Shown here piece after piece: positions 1 through 11,985 of a stretch of 64,000 nt of DNA. The DNA is from Polyangiales bacterium (GTDB taxonomy: Bacteria > Myxococcota_A > Polyangia > Polyangiales > Ga0077539), in NCBI GenBank assembly GCA_046351555.1, contig JAXLYI010000003.1:584142-648141 (forward strand). Direction: 5' to 3'. The position numbers were made by a program, and so were the translations under genes. The notes under the pieces are model-generated. The model was not told the origin of the DNA and ran no database searches. It saw only the letters and a program-made list of their open reading frames with translations. Position 1 is the first letter of the stretch. Each line of letters starts with the position of its first letter.

Positions 1-2544
1 GCCGAGGGGCTGCACCGCCATCAGCGGGTCGCTGGTCGCGAGCGCGTCGGCGTCGCCCTGGCCGCGGGGGCTGACGAAGTACCGGTCGACGCGGAGCCAG
101 TGCATCTCGCGGCCGCGCGCCACCTGGTCCTTGCCCACGACGGGGATGTTGTTCTCCGACTGGCACGCCACCACACAGGCGTTGCAGCCCGTGCAGGCGT
201 TGAGGTCGATCGACATCCCCCACTTGTGGTCCGGCGCCTGATACGTGTAGGGCGCGCGCCAGAGCGGGAGCGTCCGCGGCGTCGGCGACTGCCGCTCGGC
301 GAAGTTGGGGTGCTCGCGCCACGAGGCCAGCGTGGTCTCGATGGCGATCGGGCGGTTCTCCATCCGGTGGTGGTCTTGCGTCTGCGAGAGCGGGTAGCGC
401 GACCCCGCCTTCTCCACCGTGAAGCCGTCGGCGAACCACACGTTGCCCACGGGGCGCAGCGGGTTGACGTTGAAGCCCTTGCCGTTGCCCACGCGGCCGG
501 CCTGCGTGCGGCCCCAGCCCATGGGCAGCGCGACGGTGTTGTCCGGGTGACCCGGCAGCACCCACGCGACGATCTCGACCGGGGCGCCGCCGCCCCTCTT
601 CACCCGCACCAGATCGCCGCCTCGGATCCCGAGCTCCTCGGCCGTCTTCGGGGAGAACACCGCCGCGTTGTCCCAGGTGATCTTCGTCACCGGGTCGGGC
701 AGCTCCTGGAGCCACGCGTTGTTGGCGTGGCGCCCGTCGTACATCTTCGCGTCGACCGTGAAGACCGCCTCGAGGTTGGTCTTCGACAGTGCCCCCGACG
801 GCGCCGTCCGCCGCCCGTAGGCCGCGGCGATCTCCGCACCGCGCAGGGCGGGGCTCGCGGCGGCCGGCGCCTCGCCCGCCACGCCCACGTTGAGCGCGCG
901 GCGCCACTGGCGCTCGAAGGCGTTGCCCGGGTTGCGCGCGCGGAAGGTCTCCCGCACGAGTTCGTAGCCCCGGTAGGAGGGCGCGTCGGCGACGAGCCCG
1001 AGCAGCTCGAGCGCGCTGCGCCCCGAGAAGAGCGGCTGGATCAGCGGCTGCTGGATCGCGTAGGTGCCGTCGAGGCTCTGCGCGTCGCCCCAGGCCTCGA
1101 GCCAGTGCGCCCCCGGCACGTGCCAGGTGCACTTCTCGCCCGTCTCGTCGCGGCGCAGCCCGAGGTGCACGCTGAGCTGCACGCCCGCGAGCTTCGCCCC
1201 GAACTGGTGCTCGCCCGGCGCGTCGTACGCCGGGTTGCCGCCGAGGATGAGCAGCGTCTGCACCTGGCGCTGGCCCATCGCCGTCACGAGATCGTTGAGG
1301 TCGGCGCCGTGGTCGTCGCTCTCGTTGGGGTCGGCCGCGGCCGCGTAGCGCACGGTGGCGCCGGCGTTGCCGAGGGCCTGGTTGATCGCGTGGCCGAGCG
1401 CGTGGGCCGTCGCCGGCTGCCGCGACCCGACGATCACTGCCGACTCGCCGCGGTGGGCGAGCAGGTCGGCGGCCACCTTCTCGATCCACTTCGCGTCGAC
1501 GCCCGCGGGCGCCGTCGCGCCGCGCACCGCCGCCGCGGCCTCGCCGAGGTCGGCGCCGCCGGCCGCGAGCGCCGCGGCGAGGGCCATGAGGTAGCCCTCG
1601 ACGTCGCGCGCCGCGAGGCGCAGGCGGTGGTCGGCGTTGCCGCCGGTGGTCGAGAACACCGACTCCACCACGTAGAGCCGGCTCGGCTCGTCGTCGGGCG
1701 TGCGCACGCGGCGCGACTCCGACCAGCCCCGCGTGTTGCGCACGACGCCGGGCTCGGTCTGGAGGAAGTCGCTGTCGATCGAGACGACGCGCTTCGCCCG
1801 CGCGAGGTCGTACACCGGCGCGACGGCCTGGCCGAAGGCGAGGCGCGCGCCGGCCCGCACGTTGGCCGCGGTCGCCGCCTCCCAGGTGTGGAAGCGCGCG
1901 TTGGGGAAGCGCCGCTTCACCGCGTCGCGCAGCCGCACGAAGGTCGGCGAGATCGACGGCGGCGCGAGCACCCGCAGCCCCGTCCCGCCGTCGGCGGCGT
2001 GGGCCGTGAGGGCGGCCCGGAGCTCCCCCTCGAAGTCCGCGAAGGTCTTCTCCGCGCCGGCCTTGGAGGGCTTGCGCGAGCGGTCGGGGTCGTAGAGGTC
2101 GAGCACCGCGGCCTGTGTGAGCAGGTCGGTCTTGCCGCGCGACGCCGGGTGGTCGGGGTTGCCCTCGGCCTTGGTCGGGCGGCCCTCGTGGCTCTCCACC
2201 AGCAGGCCCACGCCCTCGCCGCGGCGGTCGATCACCGTGGCGTAGAAGCTCGTGACGTTGACCGTCACGTCCTCCGGCGCGCGCGAGTACGGCAGGATCT
2301 TGTCCGCCGGGCGCCGGCAGCCCTGGAGCGTCGCGAGCGAGATCGACGCGCCCATCAGGGTCATGAAGGTGCGGCGGCTCACCGGGTCGGAGAAGTCCCA
2401 GGCGCCTTCGGGGTGCTCGGCCGCGGCCTCGTGGGCGCGGGCCTCGGGGGCGGTGGTCTGCTGGGCGTAGTCGTCCAGGCTCGTCCACCACACGGGCTGA
2501 TCGGGCGCGGGGCCCTCGAATTCGTAGGGGGTTCGGCGGCTCAT
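1..2544 (-). CDS. actB: Alternative complex III subunit ActB (molybdopterin-oxidoreductase-like domain fused to a 4Fe-4S ferredoxin domain); the 3' end runs off the window
   Basis: My own reverse translation from the ATG at 2544 gives MSRRTPYEFEGPAPDQPVWWTSLDDYAQ. It has a Tat-like RRTFMTLMGASISLATLQGC segment. Near nt 100-250 it reads WGMSIDLNACTGCNACVVACQSENNIPVVGKDQV, a ferredoxin Cys cluster. It is absent from the ORF track because it is open at the window edge. Its start overlaps the actA stop in an ATGA (2541-2544). The listed 100..2550 + ORF is its antisense shadow. Confidence 0.85.
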   Translation of the reverse strand, partial: MSRRTPYEFEGPAPDQPVWWTSLDDYAQQTTAPEARAHEAAAEHPEGAWDFSDPVSRRTFMTLMGASISLATLQGCRRPADKILPYSRAPEDVTVNVTSFYATVIDRRGEGVGLLVESHEGRPTKAEGNPDHPASRGKTDLLTQAAVLDLYDPDRSRKPSKAGAEKTFADFEGELRAALTAHAADGGTGLRVLAPPSISPTFVRLRDAVKRRFPNARFHTWEAATAANVRAGARLAFGQAVAPVYDLARAKRVVSIDSDFLQTEPGVVRNTRGWSESRRVRTPDDEPSRLYVVESVFSTTGGNADHRLRLAARDVEGYLMALAAALAAGGADLGEAAAAVRGATAPAGVDAKWIEKVAADLLAHRGESAVIVGSRQPATAHALGHAINQALGNAGATVRYAAAADPNESDDHGADLNDLVTAMGQRQVQTLLILGGNPAYDAPGEHQFGAKLAGVQLSVHLGLRRDETGEKCTWHVPGAHWLEAWGDAQSLDGTYAIQQPLIQPLFSGRSALELLGLVADAPSYRGYELVRETFRARNPGNAFERQWRRALNVGVAGEAPAAASPALRGAEIAAAYGRRTAPSGALSKTNLEAVFTVDAKMYDGRHANNAWLQELPDPVTKITWDNAAVFSPKTAEELGIRGGDLVRVKRGGGAPVEIVAWVLPGHPDNTVALPMGWGRTQAGRVGNGKGFNVNPLRPVGNVWFADGFTVEKAGSRYPLSQTQDHHRMENRPIAIETTLASWREHPNFAERQSPTPRTLPLWRAPYTYQAPDHKWGMSIDLNACTGCNACVVACQSENNIPVVGKDQVARGREMHWLRVDRYFVSPRGQGDADALATSDPLMAVQPLG

Positions 2545-3167
2545 CGGTGACACCCCGAGCAGGTCGTCGGCGGGCGGAGCTGGCGCGGCGGCTGCCCCTG
2601 CGTCCCGCTGAGGTTCGGGTCCATGTTGGTGATCTGATCGACCGGGCGGAGGTTGGGGGTCGGGTTGCGGTGGCAGTCGAGGCACCACGACATGCTCAGC
2701 GGCTGGTCGTGGCGCACGACCTCCATCTGGTCGACGCGCCCGTGGCAGGTCACGCAGCCGACGCCCGCGGAGAGGTGCACGCTGTGGTCGAAGTAGGCGT
2801 GGTCGGGCAGGCGGTGGACCTTGACCCACTCGATCGCGCGGCCCGTCTCCCAGCTCTCGCGCACCGGCGCGAGGCGCGCGGAGTCGGTGCGCACGAGCGT
2901 GTGGCAGTTCATGCACGTCTGCGTCGGGGGGATCTGGGCGTGCGCCGCGCGCTCGATGTTCGAGTGGCAGTACCTGCAGTCCATCCCCATCTGGCCCGCG
3001 TGCAGCCAGTGGCTGTACGGCACGGGCTGCCGCGGCGAGTAGCCCACGTGCGTGTGCTTCGGGGTGAAGTAGTACCAGACCACCGACGTGAGGAAGCCCC
3101 CTGCCAGGGCCACCCCGATCGCGACGATCGCCGGGAGACGATTGAGTGAGCGTGGGAAGATCTGCAT
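2541..3167 (-). CDS. actA: Alternative complex III subunit ActA, membrane-anchored pentaheme cytochrome c
   Basis: 208-aa track ORF with an N-terminal TM helix (LPAIVAIGVALAGGFLTSVVWYYF). It has five CxxCH motifs: CRYCH, CMNCH, CVTCH, CLDCH and CSGCH. It lies immediately upstream of actB and overlaps it. Confidence 0.85.
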   Translation of the reverse strand: MQIFPRSLNRLPAIVAIGVALAGGFLTSVVWYYFTPKHTHVGYSPRQPVPYSHWLHAGQMGMDCRYCHSNIERAAHAQIPPTQTCMNCHTLVRTDSARLAPVRESWETGRAIEWVKVHRLPDHAYFDHSVHLSAGVGCVTCHGRVDQMEVVRHDQPLSMSWCLDCHRNPTPNLRPVDQITNMDPNLSGTQGQPPRQLRPPTTCSGCHR

Positions 3168-3598
3168 GAGTCGCTTCGTTCGGGTGATGCAGAGGTCCGC
3201 CGGAGGGCGGCGGTCGCCGGGCGACGGGATGCGGCCGGTGCCGCTAGCACCATATTCGCGAGGATGATGTCAAGTCATCACCGCGCCGGGCGCCCCACGC
3301 ACCCCGCGCGTCGGCGTCGCCGTCGCACGAGAGAACAAGGGAGCTCGTTGGCCCCCCCCGGGCGCTCGCGTCGGGGGGATTCCGTCGAGGCGCGGACCCT
3401 AACAGGGTTCGCCCGGAGCGATGCGACAAATCGACACCGATGCACCGTCGTCGCAGCGGTGAATGAAGGGGCGTCAGAGGGAATGCGCAAGACTTGCCGG
3501 AGGCGCACCACGGGCCCTAGATCTGTTCAGATTTCTTGCGCGGACGTTGCCCCGGCGCTTCCTCATCCCGGCGGATCGGAGCGCCGATGGAATGATCG

Positions 3599-5482
<1,884 letters not shown>

Positions 5483-7655
5483 ACACCGCCCCGCCGCCCG
5501 GCGCGTCGCGCACCGACGCCTCGCCGCCGTGGGCGTCGGCCACGCGCTTCACCACCGCCAGCCCGAGCCCCGTCCCCATCGACCGCGTCGTGTAGAACGG
5601 CAGGAAGATCCGCCCCCGCGCCTCCGCCGGCACGCCCGGCCCCGCGTCGCGCACGTCGACCGCGACGCGACCGCGCTCGGGCACCGCCCGCACCGTCACC
5701 GCCAACTTGCCGCCCTCGGGCATCGCCTCCAGCGCGTTGAGGCAGAGGTTGAGGAGCGCCTGGCGGACCATCCGCGCGTCGGCCCAGGCCGGCGGCGCGT
5801 CGGGCGCGACCTCGACCGACACCGCCACCCGCCCGCCGTGCTGCGCGGCCTGCGCGCGGGCGAGCGCGGCCTCGACGGCTCCTTCGGCGACGGGGCCCAG
5901 GGGCTCGGCGCGGCGCTGCGGCTCGGCGGGGCGCGCGAAGTCGAGCAGGTCGCTGACGATCTGGTTGAGGCGCCCGGCCTCCTCCATCACCATCTCGAGC
6001 AGCGGGGCGACGTCCGGGGCGGGGCCGGCGCGGCGGCGCAGCGAGCTGACGGCGTTGAAGATCACCGCGAGGGGGTTGCGCACCTCGTGGGCGACGACGG
6101 CGGCGGCCTCGCCGAGGGCCGCGAGGCGCTCGCGCTCGACGAGGCGGGCCTGCGTCTCGCGGAGCTCGGCGAGGCGGGCGCGCGACTCGTCGTGGAGCTC
6201 GGCGTTCTCCAGGGCGACGCCCGCGACGGCGGCGATCGCGCGCGCCATCGCGACCTCCTCGACGGAGAAGCGGCGGCCGGCGGGGTCGTGGACGGCGAGC
6301 ACGCCCCGCGGCCCGCGCTGCGCGGAGAAGCCCGCGAGCACGGCGGCGCCGGCGATCCCGCGCGCCCGCTGCTCGGGGGAGATCCGCGGGTCGGCGCGGA
6401 CGTCGTCGACCACGACGGGCTCGGGCGAGGCGAGGGCCGCGAGCGCGAGGGGCACGTCGGCGACGGGGCGGTCGACGTCGGCGCGCAGGCCCGCGGCGCC
6501 GCGCACGCGCCCGTCGGCGACGAGGAAGACGGTGGCGTCGGCGTGGAGGCGGTCGCGGGCGCACGCGGCGGCGGCCTCGAGCACGCCCTGGGGCGAGCGC
6601 TGCGCCTCGGCGAGGGCGCGGCGGGCGAGGTCGTTGACGGCGACGAGGTCGTCGATGCGGCGGCGCGCGCCGTCGAGGTAGCGGGCGGTGTCGAGCGCGG
6701 CCGAGAGGTGCCCGCGGAGGAGGCGCGCGAGCGCGAGGTCGTCGGGGTGCAGCCAGTCGCCGCGGAGCACCAGCAGCGCGTGGGGCGCGCCGCCGGCGTC
6801 GACGCGCACGCCGAGCCCGCGGGTGAGCCCGAGGGACGCGGCGATCGTCTGCGCGGCGCCGGCGAGGGGCGCGCCGATGAAGCGCCCCACCTCGTCGAGC
6901 GCGTCGTCGGTGTACGCCTCGCCCTCCACCCAGATGCGCCGGAGCCACGGCGTCCACGCGGCCGAGAAGCCCACCAGGGGCCGCCCGAGGAGCGCCTCGA
7001 AGGGACCGCCCCCCGCGAGGTCGATGCGGGTGATGCGGAGGCGCTCGTCGCCGTCGGGCGCGAGCCACGCGTCGGAGAGCTCGATGGCCTTCACGCCGCG
7101 GTGCACGGTGTCGGCGAGCTCGCGCTCCTCGCGGCAGGCCTGGAGGCTCACCCCGAGCCGCGCCAGGGCGTAGAGCCGCTCGCGCCGCGCCGCCGCCTCC
7201 GTCACGTCGCGCACCGCGCAGAGGAAGTCCCCGCCCACCAGCGAGACGTCGACCTCGACCACGCGCTCCCCGCCGTCGGGGCGGCGCACCTTCACCGAGC
7301 GCCACGACTCGGGGACGGGCTCGCCGCGACCGCGCCGCGCCGCCGAGTCGGTCAGCCGGCGGGCGTCGGCCGGGTCGAGCACGAGGCCGAAGTGGGCGCC
7401 GATCAGCTCCTCGCGCGGGCGCCCGACGATCGCGCAGAGCGCGCCGTTGACGTAGGTGATGGAGCCGCCGCGGTGCGCGAGCACGCCAACGGGGATCCCA
7501 TCGAGGCGGGCCGCGTCCACGCCGCGGAGTGTCGCACCGCGGGCCCCGACTGTGAACGGGCTGTGTACCCCGCGACGCACCGGGCAGGGCGCTTCGCGGG
7601 CGGGTTTTCGGTTCCAAAAGGGGCGCGGGGGCTGTATAGGCCCCGGCACCTCGCG

Positions 7656-8321
7656 ATGGCCGCGTGTTATTTCGACGTCGACGGGACGCTCGTCCGCACC
7701 AACCTGGTGCACCCGACGGTCTATTACCTGCTCAACCAGGCCAACCCCCAGCGGACGCTGGGCAAGGTGGTCGGCGCCCTCCTGCGCGCGCCGCGCCTCC
7801 TCGCCGCCGAGTTGCAAGACCGCAGGCTCTTCAACGAGGAGCTCTACGCGCTCTACAAGGGCACCAGCGAAGACCGGCTGCTCACGCTCGCCGACGACGC
7901 CTACGAGAAGGTGCTCAAGCCCGCGATCTTCAAGGACGCGCGCAAGCTCGTCGCCACGTGCAAGGACAAGGGCCACGAGGTGGTGATCATCTCGGGCGCG
8001 CTCGACTTCCTCATGGCGCGGCTCGCGAAGGAGCTCGGGGCCGACGACGTCATCGCGAACAAGCTGGAGTTCCTCGACGGGCTCGCCACGGGGCGGATGC
8101 TGCCGCCGGTGGTGGCGGGGCCCACCAAGGCCCTCCTGGTGCGCGACCACGCGCGCGACCACGGCCACGACCTCGACGAGTGCTTCGCCTACAGTGACAG
8201 CTACTCCGACGTCCCGATGCTCTCGGTCGTCGGCCACCCCGCCGCCGTGAACCCCGACCGGGCCCTCGACCGCCTCGCGCGCTCGTACCAGTGGCCCGTC
8301 GTCTATCTGGACCGCCCATGA
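7656..8321 (+). CDS. HAD-IB family hydrolase (SerB-like phosphatase fold)
   Basis: MAACYFDVDGTLV carries HAD motif I (DxDGT). Also present are VIISGALDF, a lysine motif and YSDSYSDVPML (motif IV). The ATG at 7656 is in frame with the stop at 8321. Confidence 0.8.
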   Translation: MAACYFDVDGTLVRTNLVHPTVYYLLNQANPQRTLGKVVGALLRAPRLLAAELQDRRLFNEELYALYKGTSEDRLLTLADDAYEKVLKPAIFKDARKLVATCKDKGHEVVIISGALDFLMARLAKELGADDVIANKLEFLDGLATGRMLPPVVAGPTKALLVRDHARDHGHDLDECFAYSDSYSDVPMLSVVGHPAAVNPDRALDRLARSYQWPVVYLDRP

Positions 8322-9904
8322 CCCACCCCTGCGTCGTCACGCTCGACCGCCGGAGCGCCCCCCGCGTCCTCTTCGCCGGCGACCGCCTCGTCGAGGTCGA
8401 CCTCCCCGCTGGCACCCGGGTGATCTACCCGAAGCCCCCGCTCGCGGGCCTCAAGGACCCCGACGCGGCCATCCGGTACGCGATCAACCACCCGCACAAC
8501 TCGCCGCCGCTCTACGCCAAGCTGCGCCCCGGGATGAAGGTCGTCATCGCGATGGACGACGTGTCCGTCCCGCTGCCGCCGATGAAGCAGCCCGACGTGC
8601 GGGAGCGGGTGCTCACCATCGTCCTCCAGCTCCTCGCCGACCACGGCGTCGACGACGTCGAGATGATCATCGCGACCAGCGTCCACCGCCGGATGACCGC
8701 GGCGGAGGTGCGCCACGTCGTCGGCGACAAGATCTTCAACGGGTACTGGCCCAAGCGCCTCTACAACCACGACGCCGAAGACCCGCAGGGGATGAAGTTC
8801 GTCGGGGAGACCGAGCTCGGCGAGCGCGTGGTGCTCAACCGGAAGGCCGTCGAGGCCGACCTGGTGATCTACGTCGCCGTCAACCTCGTGCCCATGAGCG
8901 GCGGGCACAAGAGCGTCTCGGTCGGCCTCTGCGGCTACGAGAGCCTGAAGTCGCACCACAACCCCAAGGTGATGCGGCAGTGCCACTCGTACATGGACCC
9001 GAAGGCGTCCATGCTCAACACCGTCATCGAGCGGATGGGGAAGGTGACCAACAAGCACCTCAACGTCTTCACGATCGAGACGACGGTGAACAACCGGATG
9101 TTCGACCGGCCGCTCTCCTTCCTCCACAAGAACGAGGACGACCTCGGCCCCTTCGACCGGAGCGCCCTCAAGGCCCTCATCGCCACGCTCGACCGCACGC
9201 CGCAGGAGCTCCGCCAGGAGATCTTCAACCGCGTCCCCTCGCCCTTCGAGATCACGGGCGTGTTCGCGGGCGAGACCGAGGCAGCCCACGCCGAGACGCT
9301 CAAGCGCAGCTTCGAGCAGTACTGCGTGCCGGTGAAGGGCCAGGCCGACATCCTCGTGTCGGGCATCCCCCACGTCTCGCCCTACAACGTCAACGCCTTC
9401 CTCAACCCCCTGCTCGTGCAGGTGATGGCGCAGGGCTACCTCTTCAACATGTACCGGGGCACGCCCCTGTTGAAGAAGGGCGGCACGCTGATCTTCACCC
9501 ACCCGGTGACGGACAAGTTCGACCACGACCAGCACGCGCCGTACGTGGAGTTCGTCCACCGGCTGCTGCCGGAGACGCGCGACGCGCTGGAGCTGCACAA
9601 GAAGTACGAGGAGAAGTTCGCCACCAACCCGGCGTACCTCGCGATGTTCCGCAAGGGCAGGGCGTACCACCCGGTGCACCCGTTCTTCATGTGGTACTGG
9701 GGCGAGGCGGGGCGGCAGCACATCGGGCGCGTCATCGTCGTCGGCGCCGACAACGAGTACATGCCGCGCATCCTCGGCTACGAGACCGCCCCCAACATGC
9801 ACGAGGCCCTCGAGATGGCGAAGGACACCGCGCCCTCGTCGCCCGAGATCACCTGCATGCACCTCCCGCCGATCGTCATGGCCGACATGACCGGCGGGCG
9901 CTGA
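8318..9904 (+). CDS. LarA-like (lactate racemase N-terminal/DUF2088) family protein
   Basis: MTHPCVVTLD.. with KVVIAMDDVSVPLPP and SGGHKSVSVGLCGYESLKSHHNP, which resemble LarA-family signatures. Its ATG at 8318 overlaps the HAD stop in an ATGA. At 529 codons it is longer than canonical LarA. Confidence 0.65.
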   Translation: MTHPCVVTLDRRSAPRVLFAGDRLVEVDLPAGTRVIYPKPPLAGLKDPDAAIRYAINHPHNSPPLYAKLRPGMKVVIAMDDVSVPLPPMKQPDVRERVLTIVLQLLADHGVDDVEMIIATSVHRRMTAAEVRHVVGDKIFNGYWPKRLYNHDAEDPQGMKFVGETELGERVVLNRKAVEADLVIYVAVNLVPMSGGHKSVSVGLCGYESLKSHHNPKVMRQCHSYMDPKASMLNTVIERMGKVTNKHLNVFTIETTVNNRMFDRPLSFLHKNEDDLGPFDRSALKALIATLDRTPQELRQEIFNRVPSPFEITGVFAGETEAAHAETLKRSFEQYCVPVKGQADILVSGIPHVSPYNVNAFLNPLLVQVMAQGYLFNMYRGTPLLKKGGTLIFTHPVTDKFDHDQHAPYVEFVHRLLPETRDALELHKKYEEKFATNPAYLAMFRKGRAYHPVHPFFMWYWGEAGRQHIGRVIVVGADNEYMPRILGYETAPNMHEALEMAKDTAPSSPEITCMHLPPIVMADMTGGR

Positions 9905-10111
9905 CCCGCGCCCATCGCGCGCCCGCTCCCCACACCACCTCCCCGCGACCCCCGCCTCACCGCCGACCGCTCCCCGGAGCGCTCCGCCGCGACCCCCACT
10001 CATCGCCGACCGCTCCCGCGACCACCCCCGCGCCGACCCGCGCCCATCGCGAACCACTCCCGCGACCACCCTCGCGCTGACCCTCCCTCATCGCAGACCC
10101 CTCCCGCGACC
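9905..10111. repeat. Degenerate intergenic tandem repeat: five units of about 44 nt (one of 29 nt), each with CATCGC-like and CTCCCGCGACC-like boxes
   Basis: CCGCGACC cores end at 9950, 9994, 10023, 10067 and 10111. CATCGC-like boxes lie at about 9913, 9957, 10002, 10045 and 10090. GACCCGCGCCCATCGCG occurs twice, at 9903 and 10036. Confidence 0.55.
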
Positions 10112-10210
10112 GCCCCATGTCGCGCCGTCGGACACGCGCCACAGCGCTGCGCACCAGCGCGTTGTGACGCGCGGTCGAGCCCGCTAGGTTGCGCCCTGGA
10201 GGCGACGACG

Positions 10211-11014
10211 ATGCTCAACGCGATGACCGACGAAGAGATGATCGAGGCGACCGGTTCCTTCCTCACGAAGGACCGCAAGCGCGCCCAACTGGAGCGCTAC
10301 CCCCTGCTGATGGCGATGCTCCCGGCGCTCACCGAGGCGCACGAGGGGATGCTCGCGAGCGAGAAGGCGCGCGAGGACGACGAGCGCGAGGCCGAGCGCG
10401 CGAAGCTCTACCAGGAGGGCGTCGCCACCGACGCGCGGCACGACCGCAAGGGGGCCGGCGCCTTCCACCTCCTCGGCGCGATGGCGATGCTCACCGACGA
10501 CCCCGCGCGCGAGACCGCGCTCCTCGACCTGCGCCGCAAGCTCTTCCCCGACGACAACCTCAAGGTGCTCAAGACCACCTGGCGCGGCGAGGCCGGCAAC
10601 GCGCTCCGCCTGCGCAACAAGGTGCTCTGCGACGAGCCCGCCGTCGCGACGATGCGCGCGATCCCCACCGGCGACGGCCGCACGCTCCTCGACGCGGTGA
10701 ACGACTTCGTCCTCGCGGGCGAGCGCCTCGGCGCCATCGAAGACCGGCGCCAGTCCCTCGCCACCACGGACGGCCCCGCGGCGCCGACCACCTCCACCCG
10801 CCTCACCGCGCGCAACCGCTGGGTCAACGTCGTCAGCACGATGGTGCTCCTCGTCGATGACGTGCTCCGGCTCGACGCCGCCGCTCGCTCGCAGCTCCTC
10901 GGCGGGCTGGAGGAGGCCGAGCGCAAGGCCGACGCGCGCGCCGCCGCCCGCCGCGCCGCCAACGCGAAGGCCGACAAGAAGGACGAGCCCGACGCCGACG
11001 CCCCCAAGGGCTGA
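10211..11014 (+). CDS. Hypothetical protein (acidic, helical, Lys/Ala-rich C-terminal tail)
   Basis: 267-aa ORF with balanced amino-acid composition (MLNAMTDEEMIEATGSFLTKDRKRAQLERYPLL..). A GGAGG lies about 8 nt upstream of the ATG. I recognise no family. Confidence 0.65.
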   Translation: MLNAMTDEEMIEATGSFLTKDRKRAQLERYPLLMAMLPALTEAHEGMLASEKAREDDEREAERAKLYQEGVATDARHDRKGAGAFHLLGAMAMLTDDPARETALLDLRRKLFPDDNLKVLKTTWRGEAGNALRLRNKVLCDEPAVATMRAIPTGDGRTLLDAVNDFVLAGERLGAIEDRRQSLATTDGPAAPTTSTRLTARNRWVNVVSTMVLLVDDVLRLDAAARSQLLGGLEEAERKADARAAARRAANAKADKKDEPDADAPKG

Positions 11015-11061
11015 CCGCCCCCCCTTGCGCCGCGCGCGGCCCTGCGCCACAACCGCGCGCC

Positions 11062-11985
11062 ATGGCGCTCCCCCCCGTCACCGCACCGCTCCCCCAGCAG
11101 GTCGCCGCGCTCCGCGAGGGCGCCGGCCTGCGCGCGCTCGACGACCTCGCCGCCGTCTCCGTCCGCGGCCGCGACCGCCTCACCTGGCTCAACGGCATGG
11201 TGACCAACGACACGCGCTCGCTCGCCCCCGGGCGCGGCGTCTACGCGGCCGTCGTCGGGCTCAAAGGCAAGGTGCTCACCGACCTCTTCGCCGGCGGCCG
11301 CGAGGACGAGGTGATCCTCGTGATGCCCGCCGCGCGCGTCGACGAGGTGCTCGCCCACTTCGACCACTACATCGTGATGGAGGACGTCTTCGTCGCCCGC
11401 CGCGACGGCGCCGTCGTGACGCTCCAGGGCCCCAAGGCCGCGTCGCTCGCCGCATCGCTCGCGCCCGCCGCCACCGCCGACCGCCTCGGCCGCGGCGGCC
11501 TCGACCTCCTCCTCGACGACAACGACGCGCGGTACGAGCTCCTCGCCTCGCTCGCGAGCGAAGGGCGCGTCACGCCCGTGTCCGACGAGGCGTGGGAGGT
11601 CGCGCGCCTCGAAGCGGGCGTGGCTGCGTTCGGGCGCGACTTCGACACCAGCAACTTCGTGCAGGAGGCGGGGGTCACGCGGCGCGCGGTGTCCTTCCAG
11701 AAGGGCTGCTACCTCGGGCAGGAGGTGGTGTGCCGCCTGGAGATGCGCGGCCACGTGCAGAAGAGCCTCATCGGGCTCGTGGTCGAGGGCGACGCGCCGC
11801 CCGCGGGCGAGCCCGTGATGACCGACGGCAAGGACGTCGGGCGCGTCACCAGCGCGGCGACGTCGGTGACGCTCCCGGGGCGCGCGGTGGCCCTCGCGAT
11901 GCTGCGCCAGGCCACCGTGGAGGCCAACGCGCCCGTCGAGGTGCGGGGCGCGCGGGCGACCCTCACGCTGCGCCCGGTGCCGTGA
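11062..11985 (+). CDS. ygfZ: Folate-binding YgfZ/GcvT-like protein (Fe-S cluster repair / tRNA modification)
   Basis: Contains WLNGMVTND and the C-terminal signature KGCYLGQEVVCRLEMRGHV, which matches the YgfZ K-G-C-Y-x-G-Q-E motif. Confidence 0.8.
   Translation: MALPPVTAPLPQQVAALREGAGLRALDDLAAVSVRGRDRLTWLNGMVTNDTRSLAPGRGVYAAVVGLKGKVLTDLFAGGREDEVILVMPAARVDEVLAHFDHYIVMEDVFVARRDGAVVTLQGPKAASLAASLAPAATADRLGRGGLDLLLDDNDARYELLASLASEGRVTPVSDEAWEVARLEAGVAAFGRDFDTSNFVQEAGVTRRAVSFQKGCYLGQEVVCRLEMRGHVQKSLIGLVVEGDAPPAGEPVMTDGKDVGRVTSAATSVTLPGRAVALAMLRQATVEANAPVEVRGARATLTLRPVP

Noticed and set aside
100-2550. 816-aa + strand ORF covering the left 2.5 kb
   Set aside because: Its composition is Arg/Ala/Gly/His-rich with no motifs. 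It is the antisense shadow of actB, whose minus-strand translation shows Tat-signal, molybdopterin-like and 4Fe-4S motifs.
7581-8237. N-terminal extension of the histidine-kinase ORF (5445..8237)
   Set aside because: This portion is antisense to the HAD-IB gene and lacks protein-like composition. In-frame GTG starts at 7580 or 7520 give a sensible PAS N-terminus.
9905-10111. Possible CRISPR array
   Set aside because: The units are degenerate and only about 44 nt in total, with no alternation of conserved repeats and unique spacers. No cas genes are nearby.
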